This document shows positions 48,031 to 62,097 of a stretch of 64,000 bases of DNA, piece by piece; position 1 is the first letter of the stretch; the number at the start of each line of letters is the position of its first letter. Source of the DNA: Octopus bimaculoides (taxonomy: Eukaryota); the NCBI RefSeq assembly GCF_001194135.2, contig NC_068990.1, positions 27,809,238-27,873,237 of the forward strand. The letters run 5' to 3'. The notes under the pieces were generated by a model that did no database searches, was not told where the DNA came from, and worked only from the letters and a program-made list of their open reading frames with translations. The translations under genes were made by a program, and so were the position numbers.

Positions 48031-49583
48031 TTGTTCTTCTTTGTTTGGATTCACTATATATATGTGTGTGTGAGTGTTTATGCATGTATATACACACATA
48101 TATGTGTTTCTGTGTGTATGCGTACGTGTATGGATAGATGGATAGATAGATGGGTGGATTAATGGAATTATATACGTATATGTGTTGCTCTTTTACACCA
48201 ATACTCACTGTATGCTTACACATTAAGCATTGATTCATGGATACGAAACAATCACGACAATTTTAGAATGTTGCTGCTTTGAATAACGATGTATTTCCTC
48301 ACCAGGTTTATATGACACGTATTTACTCCAATAAAATCTAAGTGACTGCATATTATATAATGTGCCAGATCATAGGGTTTTCGTTACTTCCATAATAATG
48401 CAGTTTCCTGGAATTTACGGAGAGATCAGCGCACTTGATGGATCTAAAGAATTGAGTGTTGCAATGGTTTGTATGATTTGTGATATCCAAAAGCCATATT
48501 GATGCATTTACTAGCATCGGTAAAATTCATATTTGTCAGTACTCTAACATCTGATACAAGGATTCTTACTGATCTTTGTGTCAGTACGGTTCCGTATTTC
48601 GTACCCTATTATAAAAAGCAACTCTAAGGATATTCATTCTTATTGTAACGTATTTTCTTGAAATATTTGAGGTGTATGAATCCGTTGAGCTTTCGTTTCT
48701 TATTTCTACCTAACTACACATTTAGGGCCTTTTAATATCATCCCCTTTGAAAGAGGTTGTAAATGGTTTCATGTTTCATAATCTATCTATACATAATTTC
48801 CTTTACTTCTAGCTCTCTGTCTCTCTCCTTATCGCTGTCTCTCTCCTTATCGCTGTCTCTCTCTTTCTCTCTCTCTCCTATTTTATCCCTCGATATATAN
48901 NNNNNNNNNNNNNNNNNNNNNNNNNNNNNNNNNNNNNNNNNNNNNNNNNNNNNNNNNNNNNNNNNNNNNNNNNNNNNNNNNNNNNNNNNNNNNNNNNNNN
49001 NNNNNNNNNNNNNNNNNNNNNNNNNNNNNNNNNNNNNNNNNNNNNNNNNNNNNNNNNNNNNTGTGGAATACCGTACGAGTGGAAATATATATGAAAGAAG
49101 GTTTGGAAATGCACTTATTTTAAAGATATTTATTTACTTAACCGGTTTCACTTTTTTAGAAAAAGATTATCAAAAGTCTTTGAGAATAATAAAAAATGTT
49201 AAAAAACAGTTTGAGTATTAAAATGCATATATACATTCTTTGATGATAAAATATATTTAAAGTATAAAGCTTTGTATGAACTTTGTAGTGTTACATACTG
49301 ATTATCACACATTCTCTGATAATAAGATGAAAATGTTAAAAACAGTGTATGAAAATACATATATAGAAAAATACATATACATATTCTTTGATAATCGAAT
49401 AAAGTTGAGGAGGAGCCGACCTGGCTTTTTTCTCTTGTGTATATATATATATGCACATTAGCATACACTAAAACACCCCACATACATACATTTACATATG
49501 TACATATATATAAATTTAAAATATATATAGATGCCATTATATACAGCTAGACGCACATACACGCACAAGCGTGCGCACACATA

Positions 49584-49626
<43 letters not shown>

Positions 49627-50343
49627 TCATATTCATAGCCGGCAAGCGTACGCATTTACAACGGAGTATATCTGAAAGTACTAACACACAAGGTATGTTT
49701 CCATGCTTATTCAAAATTCGGAGGTGTGTGTCTGTGTGTTTGTGTGTGTGTATGCGTGCGTGTTTATATAAAATTTATGCATATTCCATTGTGCTGGTAT
49801 GTTTATTCCAGGAAATACGAATTACGTAACTTTAAAAATTCTTTAGAATGTATTCACTGCAATACAAATCGATATTACTTCGCAAATGTTAATATTTTCT
49901 TCTATTCTTTCTTTGTCCAGCATATCTAGATTCTTCAGGCAACTCCGTTGTTAAATATACCTATAAGCGCATTTAACAATAATTATATCACATGGATTCA
50001 AAAGCTGTAAATTGCGCTTTATTTACCAGAGGAAGTTCGTGCAACTAAAGAGAGAATGCACGTATACACGGGTATATGTGTGCATGTGTGTGTGTGTGTG
50101 TTTGTATGTGTGTGACTGTTTATCAAATGATCAAAGGTACCTCCTGAGCTCATAAGGCTCATAAGGTTGGTCTTCCGAGTTCTGTCATGTCTATATGATC
50201 TCGCCTCTCAATCCCCGCACGAAACTCCGATTTCTCATTTTTGCCACTTGAAAGTACTAGAGCAACGTCAAAATGAAGTGCTTTTCCTCAAAATTACATG
50301 CGTCGTCCGATGCAACACTCAAACCACTTCTTCCTGCGGTTCC

Positions 50344-50495
50344 ATGAGTGGAAATCGAACCGGTGAGAGTGTTAAGTAATAAGACCCATAAAGATAATGA
50401 CCCTCCCCAGACAAAGTATAATATATATTATTGTGTCTGGGGAAAGTCATTCGCTTTTAGTGCCTAACACACTTACCGGTTCGATTTCCACTCAT
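50344..50495. mobile_element. Small fold-back element (about 152-bp imperfect palindrome)
   Basis: Perfect 21-bp outer IR ATGAGTGGAAATCGAACCGGT (50344-50364) / 50475-50495, inner IR TCCCCAGACA (50404-50413) / TGTCTGGGGA (50434-50443), AT-palindromic centre. Confidence 0.85.
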
Positions 50496-50954
50496 TTACA
50501 AACGTATATATATATAAGGGGGGGGGCGATCCACTCTTACCACAGCCTTAAAGCAGAAACACTCTTTTATTTAAGTGAATAGGCTATGAGTTGAGAGGGA
50601 TTTGGTTACTATTAATTTCATTCTGTGGAAAGACAATAAAGTGGCAGATTTATGTCGCTTATGCAGGTTCAAGTATACGACATAACTGGTTTTATTTGTT
50701 AAAACAAGACGATAAGAAGATGAATGCAAAATGTGGGATGAGAAAAGCGGAACGAAAAAGCAAAAGAGGAAGAAAAGGAAAAGGGAAAGAAAGGAAAGAC
50801 AATTGTTGCGTCCCCTTAGTCTGTGGAAATCAAAATTAAAATGCTGTTCAAATTAGAATTAATATAGCAAGTGCAGAATAATTCAACATCGGATGAGGCA
50901 GGACCATAATCAATGGGACTCCAGGGATAACTGGGAGAGGGTGCTGTCCTCTTG

Positions 50955-51700
50955 CCTGACCAAAGAAATTTATCCATATGGTTACATTTACTAATAACTA
51001 GGATCTGAAATTATCCAGAGCGGTGGAGTTCTTGGATCTAAAAAGAATGACATTTGGCTACACATAACCAAAAGATATGTATGTCTTTCATTCATTTACA
51101 TATAGCGGGGGTCACTCCACGATGCTCCTCTTAATTGTGTGTGGTGTGCAGTTGGTCTTCAAATCCCGTATGTAGCAAATCAGCTTTAGGGATTTACGCA
51201 TTAACAAACGCAGTTTTTTTTTTCTTTTGATTTTCCTTATTTTGGAGCACTGCTGTTACTTCGGCTTCTTGCACGATAGAAGTTGTGAAGCATTACTGAC
51301 CAACAGGAGCCAAGCTTCCGGGTCTCGTACTTACAACTTGAAGTGGGATCATAGTGAGGTTTGCGAGTGATAAAGTTTTTCATACTGGAGAAGCAGCCGC
51401 AGGAAAATTTTACGACGTGTCCTTTAACAATAATTCTGAATTTTTTGTTTAACGGAGAATTTGCCTATCTAAAAAGGCCAGAATGTTTTTCCCAGGTAAG
51501 ACTTAGCATTGAAGGATAAAGGGGATACAAACTATATTATTATCCCGAGTCTATCTTTAAGTTTCATATTATCGATTGAAATGAGTAGGATGTCTTTGAA
51601 ACGACAGTTAGCAAGGGCTTTATCGTAGTAGGGTGCAACTTACCGAAGAGCATAGATAAGATATCTTGTTACTAATACTGGCTACAAGGTTTTTAAAACT
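50955..51700 (-). mobile_element. Penelope-like element, heavily degenerate RT C-terminus, linker and GIY-YIG
   Basis: Minus pieces in the expected order: VAPYYDKALANCRF, II*FVSP, LGKTF, VVKFSCGCFSSMKNFI, TSIVQEAEVTAV, ISKCNHMDKFLW (PLE motifs IIWFNPP, GK.F, VK.SYSC..NM..II, ..Y.A.V, SKCRH.NKF). Confidence 0.65.
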
Positions 51701-52881
51701 AGAGGGTGACAGGACTGTTTATGTATTCAGGTACGTTTCTCGTTCAGTTTATGGTAGGGCTTAAAAGAGCACGCATTTAACTGTAAGAATCAACAAGAAA
51801 TCAACTTTAGGGGGATTAGTTGCTATTAAAATTTGGTGGTCTAATTGACAGCAGTTATGCAGGAATTGTTTTACTGTCTAAATTTATCGAGGGTATCTCC
51901 ATTACATTTATGAGACATGCCCAAAACATCCTCATACTTAGATCACTATGTGTCTAATATATAGAGAACTAATTGATCACAGATACCAGCGCAGTCACAC
52001 GATCTTATCTATAGATCAAACACTACATCTATTCCAGGTCTTTCAATCCATGCGGAATTCTTATTGAATGAAAAGTTTTTTTTTAATATCAATAACTGAA
52101 TTATTTGTGTATATTTTTGCCGGTGTCCAGAAACATTTACAAAAATATACAAATTTTGATGAGGCAATTACACATGACTAACAGCTGAATTATACAACAA
52201 TGCCACTTTTGTTATTTATCCATAGATCAATACCCGATAAAAATATGCTTCAAAACGGTTGTGTTCTTTATTACTGGAGTGTCTCAACGATGAAACCTTT
52301 GTTTACATATGTGAATATATTCTGTTTCTTTGGTGGCTTTGTAGGAATCTCTTCCGTAATAATGTGTGTGATTTTCTGCGTTTTCATGAGCTATTGCTGT
52401 ATTTGTGCATGTGAATGTATTCTTTGAGTTTCTATAACAGAAGTGCATTTAGGATTATTACATTATAGTAATATATATATATGATTTTCCTTTGAATGTA
52501 CGTCAACAAAGGAGCATCAAGAGCCTTCAAGACGTTCTAGAAACAGTAGCTACAGTGGAAAATGTAGTCTTGGGAATACACATATGTGCATGAACATTCA
52601 TTTCATCTCGTTTGTCACGTTCTATTGGAGTCGATCTCAAAAATAACATCTCCAAGAACATCGTCTACTCACATCAGTGAACCCGGAACCATATGGTTCG
52701 GAAGCAAATTTGTTACTAAACAGCCGCACTTATAGCCACACCTACACCTATATATGCATTCATATATGCAAATTTATCTATCCACCTCTTTTTCTCTGCG
52801 TGTACATGCACACACACGAAGCCACAAACACATATACATGCATACATACAGACAGACACACATACACACATAAATACATAC

Positions 52882-52938
<57 letters not shown>

Positions 52939-53755
52939 NNNNNNNNNNNNNNNNNNNNNNNNNNNNNNNNNNNNNNNNNNNNNNNNNNNNNNNNNNNNNN
53001 NNNNNNNNNNNNNNNNNNNNNNNNNNNNNNNNNNNNNNNNNNNNNNNNNNNNNNNNNNNNNNNNNNNNNNNNNNNNNNNNNNNNNNNNNNNNNNNNNNNN
53101 NNNNNNNNNNNNNNNNNNNNNNNNNNNNNNNNNNNNNNNNNNNNNNNNNNNNNNNNNNNNNNNNNNNNNNNNNNNNNNNNNNNNNNNNNNNNNNNNNNNN
53201 NNNNNNNNNNNNNNNNNNNNNNNNNNNNNNNNNNNNNNNNNNNNNNNNNNNNNNNNNNNNNNNNNNNNNNNNNNNNNNNNNNNNNNNNNNNNNNNNNNNN
53301 NNNNNNNNNNNNNNNNNNNNNNNNNNNNNNNNNNNNNNNNNNNNNNNNNNNNNNNNNNNNNNNNNNNNNNNNNNNNNNNNNNNNNNNNNNNNNNNNNNNN
53401 NNNNNNNNNNNNNNNNNNNNNNNNNNNNNNNNNNNNNNNNNNNNNNNNNNNNNNNNNNNNNNNNNNNNNNNNNNNNNNNNNNNNNNNNNNNNNNNNNNNN
53501 NNNNNNNNNNNNNNNNNNNNNNNNNNNNNNNNNNNNNNNNNNNNNNNNNNNNNNNNNNNNNNNNNNNNNNNNNNNNNNNNNNNNNNNNNNNNNNNNNNNN
53601 NNNNNNNNNNNNNNNNNNNNNNNNNNNNNNNNNNNNNNNNNNNNNNNNNNNNNNNNNNNNNNNNNNNNNNNNNNNNNNNNNNNNNNNNNNNNNNNNNNNN
53701 NNNNNNNNNNNNNNNNNNNNNNNNNNNNNNNNNNNNNNNNNNNNNNNNNNNNNNN

Positions 53756-53806
<51 letters not shown>

Positions 53807-54464
53807 TATGAATGTATGTATATACATTATGTATGTACAGAAATTAATGAAAATGTAAGCTTAACTTTTTACTTACTGAGATGGACCGTTCAAATTTCAT
53901 ATTGGCAGTGCAATTCTTACTTCTACGCAATGTTCCCATCAAGCGGACTCTCCTCTGCAAGTGATATTTCTTCACTCCTTTTTCCCAACTCTGATCCTCC
54001 TTGAAAAAGAAATCTTTACGTCCAGTTTACCCTGTTTATGTCGTGAAATTACTGTCTCTAAAGAGTGTACACCATTGAAATGAACAGGTCCAAAAGTGAT
54101 GGCATTATGGTAGATGCTGCACTATTCGTCACCCCAGTCTCCCGATTCCTTGACAATGATGTGGGTAGTTGCACATGGTCGTGAATGTAGAGATGTTACA
54201 CATGCCTGTTTTGTGTCTTCTTCGTAATGAAGCAATTCGATGTTTACGATAGAGCTGCACTCCAGAAGATCGAGAATGAAGCCCTTTTGGTCCCCCACCG
54301 CACACACACGTCACAATATGGCAGTTACCATTACCTTATATACCGAAATTTGCCTAATGAACTTCTTAGGCCCCGTAATGGGGGTCATTTCGGGGACTAG
54401 CCTTCGCTTCTGGGCCATAAAGAGGTTATGACTGGGTACTGAAGCAACAGTTCAACCATTCAAA

Positions 54465-55200
54465 AGTGGAAGTTTTATATTTCGACTTTTGCAAAGGCCT
54501 TTTTACAAAGTTCATTACGGGGTCACAAACTATGTGACATTCGTATTGTTGAAAAATTAGGAGAATGGCCGGATGACTTTTTATAAGGCAGCAGTCAGGT
54601 GTTGTCAATGGTGCTATCTCTGGGGAGACATCAATTTTGAGCGGAGTCCCTGAAAGAACTATACATGGTCCACTACTGCTTCTGTTGACTCACTCACGTC
54701 CCCCCAACTATACAGTCAAGATCTCTCCCCAGCTGTGCCAATAATAGAGAATTATTACAGGCGTTCAGGAAGATTTGCATGCAATATCCGAGTGAACTGA
54801 TGAAAATAACATGCAGTTCAATGCTGAGAAGTTTTAATCACTCCACTCTCGGCTCACAGACATACTACAATCGGAATTCGTAGAACCATGGGATAGGGCA
54901 ATCCCAGGATCAGTGTGTGACCTGGGAATCCACATGAGAAACGATGCAACATTCCATGTGCTTATTACCAAGACTACCTCTCTACGCAGGCGAGAAGCTG
55001 GATGGATTCTGCGATTATATACAACCATAAAAAAAGACACACCATGCCTCTTCTATGGAGAAGTTTCGCCCTTAGTCGTCTGGATTACTGTTCCCGACTG
55101 TGGTTACGCAGAGTGTCATACTGGTGACGGAATTTGAGGCAATCCGGCGCCACTGCAAAAATGAGACTGACTCGGTGAAACGGAAGAGCTACTAGGAGGG
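54465..55200 (+). mobile_element. CR1-clade LINE RT fragment, degenerate
   Basis: ttttatattcgacttttgcaaaggcc (LY.DFAKAF), SGVPERTIHGPLL (GVPQG..LGPLL), RLDYCSRLW (RLEYCSQLW), agctactaggaggggctt (SYWERL). Confidence 0.75.
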
Positions 55201-55276
55201 GCTTAGGGAACAGAATATATATATATATATATATTAATATATATTTTTAGATATATATACATACACACACACGCAT

Positions 55277-55600
55277 ACATACATACATATATATATATGG
55301 CCTAGTGGTTAGGGTGTTGCAGTCATGATAGCAAGATCGCAGTTTCAATTCTTCGATCGGATGGCGTATTGTGATCTTGAGCAAAACACCTCAACTCACA
55401 TTGTTCTGCAATAACGTTGACACCTGTCATCGTGGTACACCTGTGTGCACCCGTTCAGGTAACATCGATTTGATGGAGAGAGAGTGAGGCTAATGAGCAG
55501 CACGAACATTTCTTCACCATGCATAAATCATTCGTAGCAGGTCGTTCGGCAAAAAGCTGGACACTTACGCGCCGTCTTCGACGGAAGAGTTCATCAATAT
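55277..55600 (+). mobile_element. tRNA-derived SINE (family B-like subfamily)
   Basis: atggcctagtggttagggtgttgc...gcagtttcaattc...ttgtgatcttgagcaaaacacct: A box, B-box-like and CORE-like motifs. Confidence 0.7.
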
Positions 55601-56349
55601 TATATAAATAATTATCTATATGCATGTTGAGGGTACAGATGCATACTTACGGCACACACACACATGTATACCTATATATTATAACCGCATCACAAGTATT
55701 CACAATAAATTTTATTCACCTTTTTCAATGCAGATCCTGCCTAAGCTACAAGATTATAAATCGTTACATTGCGCATAGAGACTACGGCACAAATACCAGA
55801 GTACTAGTGAATCTATATGATGTGCTGTTCTATTTGAAATGCACTTCAGGCCAACAATTTTCACTGCTACATGGAATGATAATCACTAAATAAGAATTGT
55901 TTCTTTGAATTAAATTGCTAATCACATAATCAAAGAAGCAACGGAGAATTTCTTACCAAGAATGCTATATTGTTAAGAGTTATGTTGTCTGTCATTAACC
56001 GACTTGTTGAGTCGTCGGAACAGAGCAATTAGGCTCTTGATAAACGTGAACCACTTATCTGTATATGCATAAATTTCCCTAGAAACTACACCGGGAATAA
56101 TAATGCAAATGTATTGTAAAGATGTACACTTAATCGCAAGGACTCAGAGACAAACTTGGCAATTATTTTACGTAATAGTGGTGTGAAGTAAATGGAATTA
56201 GTGCGAGTAGGATTTGGTATATAAGCGAGAAGAAAGAATGCAAATAATAAGAAATAGTTTTATTCTCTACTTCCATAACTGTTTATTTACTGTTTGACTT
56301 TATTTGACTAAATCTTGAAAAACCACCATTACGCTCGTGCATTTAAACT

Positions 56350-56584
56350 TTCATTCATTTATTTGTTTTCAATCATTTGACTGCAGCCATGCTGGAGCAC
56401 CACCTTAAAGGGTTTCAGTCGAACAAATCGGCTTGAAGAATTATTCTTTAAAGCCTAGTACTTATCCTATCGGTGTATTTTGCAGAAATACTATGTTACG
56501 GGGACTTAAACACACCAGTACCAGTTATCAAGCGGTGATAGAGGACAAACGCAAGCACAAACAAACATGTACATAGATACACAC
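56350..56584 (-). mobile_element. SINE family A, 3' half, inverted
   Basis: tttgttttcaatcatttgactgcagccatgctggagcaccacc...ttacggggacttaaacacacc...tcaagcggtg. Confidence 0.85.
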
Positions 56585-57539
56585 NNNNNNNNNNNNNNNN
56601 NNNNNNNNNNNNNNNNNNNNNNNNNNNNNNNNNNNNNNNNNNNNNNNNNNNNNNNNNNNNNNNNNNNNNNNNNNNNNNNNNNNNNNNNNNNNNNNNNNNN
56701 NNNNNNNNNNNNNNNNNNNNNNNNNNNNNNNNNNNNNNNNNNNNNNNNNNNNNNNNNNNNNNNNNNNNNNNNNNNNNNNNNNNNNNNNNNNNNNNNNNNN
56801 NNNNNNNNNNNNNNNNNNNNNNNNNNNNNNNNNNNNNNNNNNNNNNNNNNNNNNNNNNNNNNNNNNNNNNNNNNNNNNNNNNNNNNNNNNNNNNNNNNNN
56901 NNNNNNNNNNNNNNNNNNNNNNNNNNNNNNNNNNNNNNNNNNNNNNNNNNNNNNNNNNNNNNNNNNNNNNNNNNNNNNNNNNNNNNNNNNNNNNNNNNNN
57001 NNNNNNNNNNNNNNNNNNNNNNNNNNNNNNNNNNNNNNNNNNNNNNNNNNNNNNNNNNNNNNNNNNNNNNNNNNNNNNNNNNNNNNNNNNNNNNNNNNNN
57101 NNNNNNNNNNNNNNNNNNNNNNNNNNNNNNNNNNNNNNNNNNNNNNNNNNNNNNNNNNNNNNNNNNNNNNNNNNNNNNNNNNNNNNNNNNNNNNNNNNNN
57201 NNNNNNNNNNNNNNNNNNNNNNNNNNNNNNNNNNNNNNNNNNNNNNNNNNNNNNNNNNNNNNNNNNNNNNNNNNNNNNNNNNNNNNNNNNNNNNNNNNNN
57301 NNNNNNNNNNNNNNNNNNNNNNNNNNNNTATATATATATATATATATCTTTCCGTCTAGGTATTTTTATGCTTTTAATGGCTTCCGTCATTAGATTGAAG
57401 AATTTTAGTCGAATGAAACGACACCATTACTCCTATATTTTTTCTAACCCAGTAACTTATTCTGCTGATTTTTGAGTAGGATACGTGAACGACGGAAACA
57501 TACTGACACCGGTTGACAAGGGGTACAAGAAAAAACACA

Positions 57540-57710
57540 CACCCACACCCACACACACACATAGGTACGATGGGCAACTGTCAGCTGCGGTCTACGATAT
57601 CAGTCCACAAAGTATTATTCGGCCTCGGGCTATACTAGAAGACAGTTGGGGAAGCTGCTAAGCAATGGCATTGAACCCGGAACCATATGGTTTGAAACCA
57701 TGCCTCTTAC
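57540..57710 (-). mobile_element. SINE family A head/body, inverted
   Basis: tattcggcctcgggctatactagaagac...ttgaacccggaaccatatggtt...cttac. The same head is inverted at about 52675-52725 and 62255-62325. Confidence 0.65.
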
Positions 57711-58306
57711 GACGGTGATTCTCGGCTCTTTATTCACTCTGCTGCTTCTGCTTAATATTAGTGATGATATACATGTACTTATATCTTAAGTTCTATATGT
57801 ATATATGTATATATGCGTTTGTGTGTGTCTGCATATATATACCTATATATATATATATATATATNNNNNNNNNNNNNNNNNNNNNNNNNNNNNNNNNNNN
57901 NNNNNNNNNNNNNNNNNNNNNNNNNNNNNNNNNNNNNNNNNNNNNNNNNNNNNNNNNNNNNNNNNNNNNNNNNNNNNNNNNNNNNNNNNNNNNNNNNNNN
58001 NNNNNNNNNNNNNNNNNNNNNNNNNNNNNNNNNNNNNNNNNNNNNNNNNNNNNNNNNNNNNNNNNNNNNNNNNNNNNNNNNNNNNNNNNNNNNNNNNNNN
58101 NNNNNNNNNNNNNNNNNNNNNNNNNNNNNNNNNNNNNNNNNNNNNNNNNNNNNNNNNNNNNNNNNNNNNNNNNNNNNNNNNNNNNNNNNNNNNNNNNNNN
58201 NNNNNNNNNNNNNNNNNNNNNNNNNNNNNNNNNNNNNNNNNNNNNNNNNNNNNNNNNNNNNNNNNNNNNNNNTATATAAACGTGTGTGTGTATAATATGT
58301 GTGTGG

Positions 58307-58345
<39 letters not shown>

Positions 58346-58872
58346 CTTACACTCACACACACATACGCATATGTATATATAAAGATATAACGTGTCAAAA
58401 TGTTAGTAGCCTGTGGGGATTCATTCGCTGAAATTGTTTTAAAGAAAACCAATGGGAGAAGTTTTTGTTTTTGATTTATTTCAGCTGCTCAACTTTTCTT
58501 TTGATTCTTTTTGCTAAACTTTAAAACAAATGTAGTTCTTGAAACTAAACTGAAGTTTCTCGTGCTTTCATGTTATCTGTAGGGAGGCGGACATTCAAGA
58601 TCATTAAAACAGATATATATCACATAAATTACATAACACAAATAGAACATAAATAAATAAAACCACTTTTTTTTTCATTTGGCACAAGACCATACGGTGT
58701 GGTGGTGGTGGTTAGATACTGTTTTACAGACAGAAGTGCAGAAATAGTGCGTATAAATAATACAACTGACCTATCGAAGATTTACTTAAACCAATCAATT
58801 GGTGTGGCTCCTTTCTCTAAACGCTGCGAGGTGTTATCCGCGTCTCTCATCTAATCTATTTATCCGCCAGAC

Positions 58873-58902
<30 letters not shown>

Positions 58903-58904
<2 letters not shown>

Positions 58905-59450
58905 CAGTACCAGGCAGTAGTTCTCATGGCTTCTTATCTTAAGTGATTGGAGGTACTATCATGTACATTGTTTTGTCTTGGTATAAAAGATGGGATACAG
59001 TAAATATTCTGCTCAATACCACAGATTTGCCTATCAGTTGCTTCATCTTAACCAATTGAGTATGTCCCTTATTGGCTGACGATATGTGCATCTCTGATCA
59101 CGAGCAGAAGTAGTGGGAGAGCGTTATAGTCATGTGTTGAGAAGAATTCTTTGGGGTTTGGATAATTCACCTTTGGAAACATGGGTATTTCGTTCGACAT
59201 CCTTAAATTACCTTTATTCAAGGACCTTTTGAACGGGATGGGCTACTCAACCTGAAGAAAATTCTAACTGGGCCCCCACCTGCGAGGTCATGCGCTATTT
59301 ATCTTGATATGAGACCACTATGTCGCGCTCATATGGTTGTGATGCATGTGCCTGGTGTACCCTTATCAGACAGGTAGTCATGATGGACATACTAGGCTTC
59401 GTATATTTTACCCCAGTGTCACTTTGATGACATGCCCTACTCTCTCACTC
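58903..59450 (+). mobile_element. About 550-bp non-coding element embedded in (TAA)n on both sides
   Basis: (TAA)n at 58875-58902 and 59451-59512; second partial copy at 26700-26794 with the same microsatellite junction. Confidence 0.75.
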
Positions 59451-59496
<46 letters not shown>

Positions 59497-59514
59497 GTAA
59501 TAATAATAATAATC

Positions 59515-59680
59515 CTGCTTGCTGCTATAAGCACAAGTCCTGAAATTTTGGAGAAAGAGGTTTACTCGATTTCGTCGGTCCTAGGATTTAGCTGGCACTT
59601 ATTTTAGCGACTCCGAAAGAATGAAAGGCAAAGTTGACCTCGCCGGAATTCGGAAAATGCCGTTATGTATTTCGTACGGT
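59515..59680 (-). mobile_element. SINE family C copy
   Basis: gcacaagtcctgaaattttgg...gactccgaaagaatgaaaggcaaagttgacctcgccggaatt. Confidence 0.7.
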
Positions 59681-61499
59681 GTGTTAACTTATTTCATTGA
59701 TCCCAAAAGAATGCATGTCAAAGTCGAGTCCATCAGAAATTGAACTCATGATGGACAAAATGTCTTGTATGCAAGCTGAATTTGAAAGAGTGCGGTAATT
59801 TAAGGCGAAAATTCGCTAACTTTCAGTCTAATATCGCTGCAATATTAAGTAGAATTCACCAAACACATATTCCACATGAAATAATCTGACAATATCAATA
59901 TATAACATTGAATCTTTAATGTTCTTTATCAATTTTCTGAAGCATTTTCATTAAATTTATTTAGATGTCTTTTTTAAAAAGCGTTAATGAACTAAGAGAA
60001 CGAAAAAATTCTTGTTACTTCATTCATTTTTTAAAAATTAATTATGCATTTTAATTTATTTTATTAAGTTACAATTTCATTTATAAAATTTACATCTACA
60101 ATTCGATGAAGCTCGCATCGATATAAGGAATTTTTCCCCATCCTAAAATAATTCTAAATCATGTCTTGTGTGAACACATCTGATGTAGTTCCTTACAATT
60201 GTGTGACGTATTATGTTATATAGAGTGTTGTCTTCACAACTCTTTATCTGCAACTTTTCCTATGCTGGACTATCTGCTGACTGACTATTGTACGTGGACA
60301 CGTCTTTACTTATATCGGTATCGTAAAAATGAGATAAATTGTTCAAAGAAAAATATGAAAATTTATTTAAGTAAATAATTCTCATTGAAAAATATAAAAT
60401 AGAATACATAATAATGTCACAAATTTGTTGGAAAATTTAGGTAAACTATTTTGGTAAAGTATATAATTACCGTTTATAGACGTTATGACTATCAGAATCT
60501 TCAACATAAACAAGTCACAGCATACTTTTGAAGAATACGTTTAGTGACAACGCCCAAAACAGATATTCCAAAAAGCAGCATAAGAAATGCAAGTCATAAT
60601 TATACAGGTGAAAATGTAAGGCTAATAAAATTAAAGAAAGCAGCAAACGCAAACAGCAATACTACAGAAATAAGCTACATAAATAGGGAAGAAATTAAAT
60701 GACATAAAAATATAAAAATCGTGTAATCTGAAAACCAGCAGTAAAAGTGTTTACAACATAATTAGCTGCACGAGACTGGAATCACCGACAGCAAATAAAT
60801 ATTAAAATAAAACGTAAAGGAACACACAGGCAACATACGGGCATTAAACATATTTCATTTTCTAAAATTAGTCGCAAATGAAAAACAGCAAGAGAAGATA
60901 TAACGCCACTGATAAACGTCCCTTTTCAAGATAAATACTATTTCCTCCAAGAAGGTAAGGAAAACTGGGGAAAAATAGTCGTACTTCTCTATCACAATGT
61001 TGAATTATCCTTACACTCATGGTTTGCAAGTATTGATTGAAGCACCATTGATCTGAGCTACACAGGAAAAATAATCCCGCCTAAAAGATATTTTACCAGT
61101 CGTTCTTGATTTTGCGAAAAGCGAGAAAGACTGACTAAAACTAAACGGCGTCATGATTTCACTAAATAATTAAAACTATAAACAACCAACATAACTTGTT
61201 AGTGTTGTTGCAAATATCAATATTTTAAAGAGTATTAACATAATACAATAAAATAGAAAGTAGGCCAAAATATAACAGTTCAATAAACCCAAGAAAAACC
61301 AATCATACAAGTATTAAACAAAGCCACCAGTGTTCTCTGTTCGATATGATTTATCAACGATATTGCCAGTTCACAAATCCATTGTCGAACTTGTAATATA
61401 GTTCGGACAACTACACAGAAATAGTTTATGTCTACTGTTCCCAGTTGTGGTTGCCGTAGGTCGTGGGACTGGTGGTTGAACTTGAAGTGATTCTGTGCC

Positions 61500-61940
61500 A
61501 CTATGCAGGAAAGATTGACGCGATGCAAAAGAATAGCAACTGGCAGAAGTTAATGTAATTGAAGCTCGTCTCTGTAGAGAGAAGGTACAAAAGATATAAA
61601 AAAACGTGCAAAAGAAGGTACAAAAGATATGCAGTGATACACATATTGAGGATTTTCGGATGTCTTTCTCATAACTATGAAATTGAAAGCTATAACAACC
61701 ACCGACCTCAACGGGACTGCATAGTAACACAGATCGCGTCTTCTCCATCTAGAATAAGGATCTTGCACTGTAACAGATTGGGTTTCAAGGGAACATATTA
61801 GCACTCTGCCAAACAATCTCAGTGATGAGCGAGTTGTAGATGCGAAGGTTGTCAAAGAAAGTCTGGACAATTTTTTATATATGAGATACCAGATAAAAAC
61901 CATCGCGGCAGGAGGCACAACGAAGAGCAACTCCATCCAA
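61500..61940 (+). mobile_element. CR1-clade LINE 3' end
   Basis: LVSVERRYKRY...AVIHILRIFG..HNYEIESYNNHR...LHCNRLGFKG (CR1 LYSLERRRERY.IIY..KI) then LPNN...KESLDNF..EIPDK (LP......FK..LD.FL..IPD.P). Confidence 0.75.
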
Positions 61941-62061
61941 CTCACTATTTCATATATATGTGTGAGTGTGTATGTAAGTATGTATGTTTGGGCATGTGGG
62001 TGGTTGGTTGTGGTTTTGATTGATGTGATGTCTTTGGGGTGNNNNNNNNNNNNNNNNNNNN

Positions 62062-62097
<36 letters not shown>

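Noticed and set aside
52505-52565. Protein-like peptide RSIKSLQDVLETVATVEN
   Set aside because: Too short, weak acceptor, no family recognised.
1057-58452. The many long ORFs in the track ([17 protein letters not shown]-runs)
   Set aside because: They are translations of dinucleotide microsatellites and N-gaps, not proteins.
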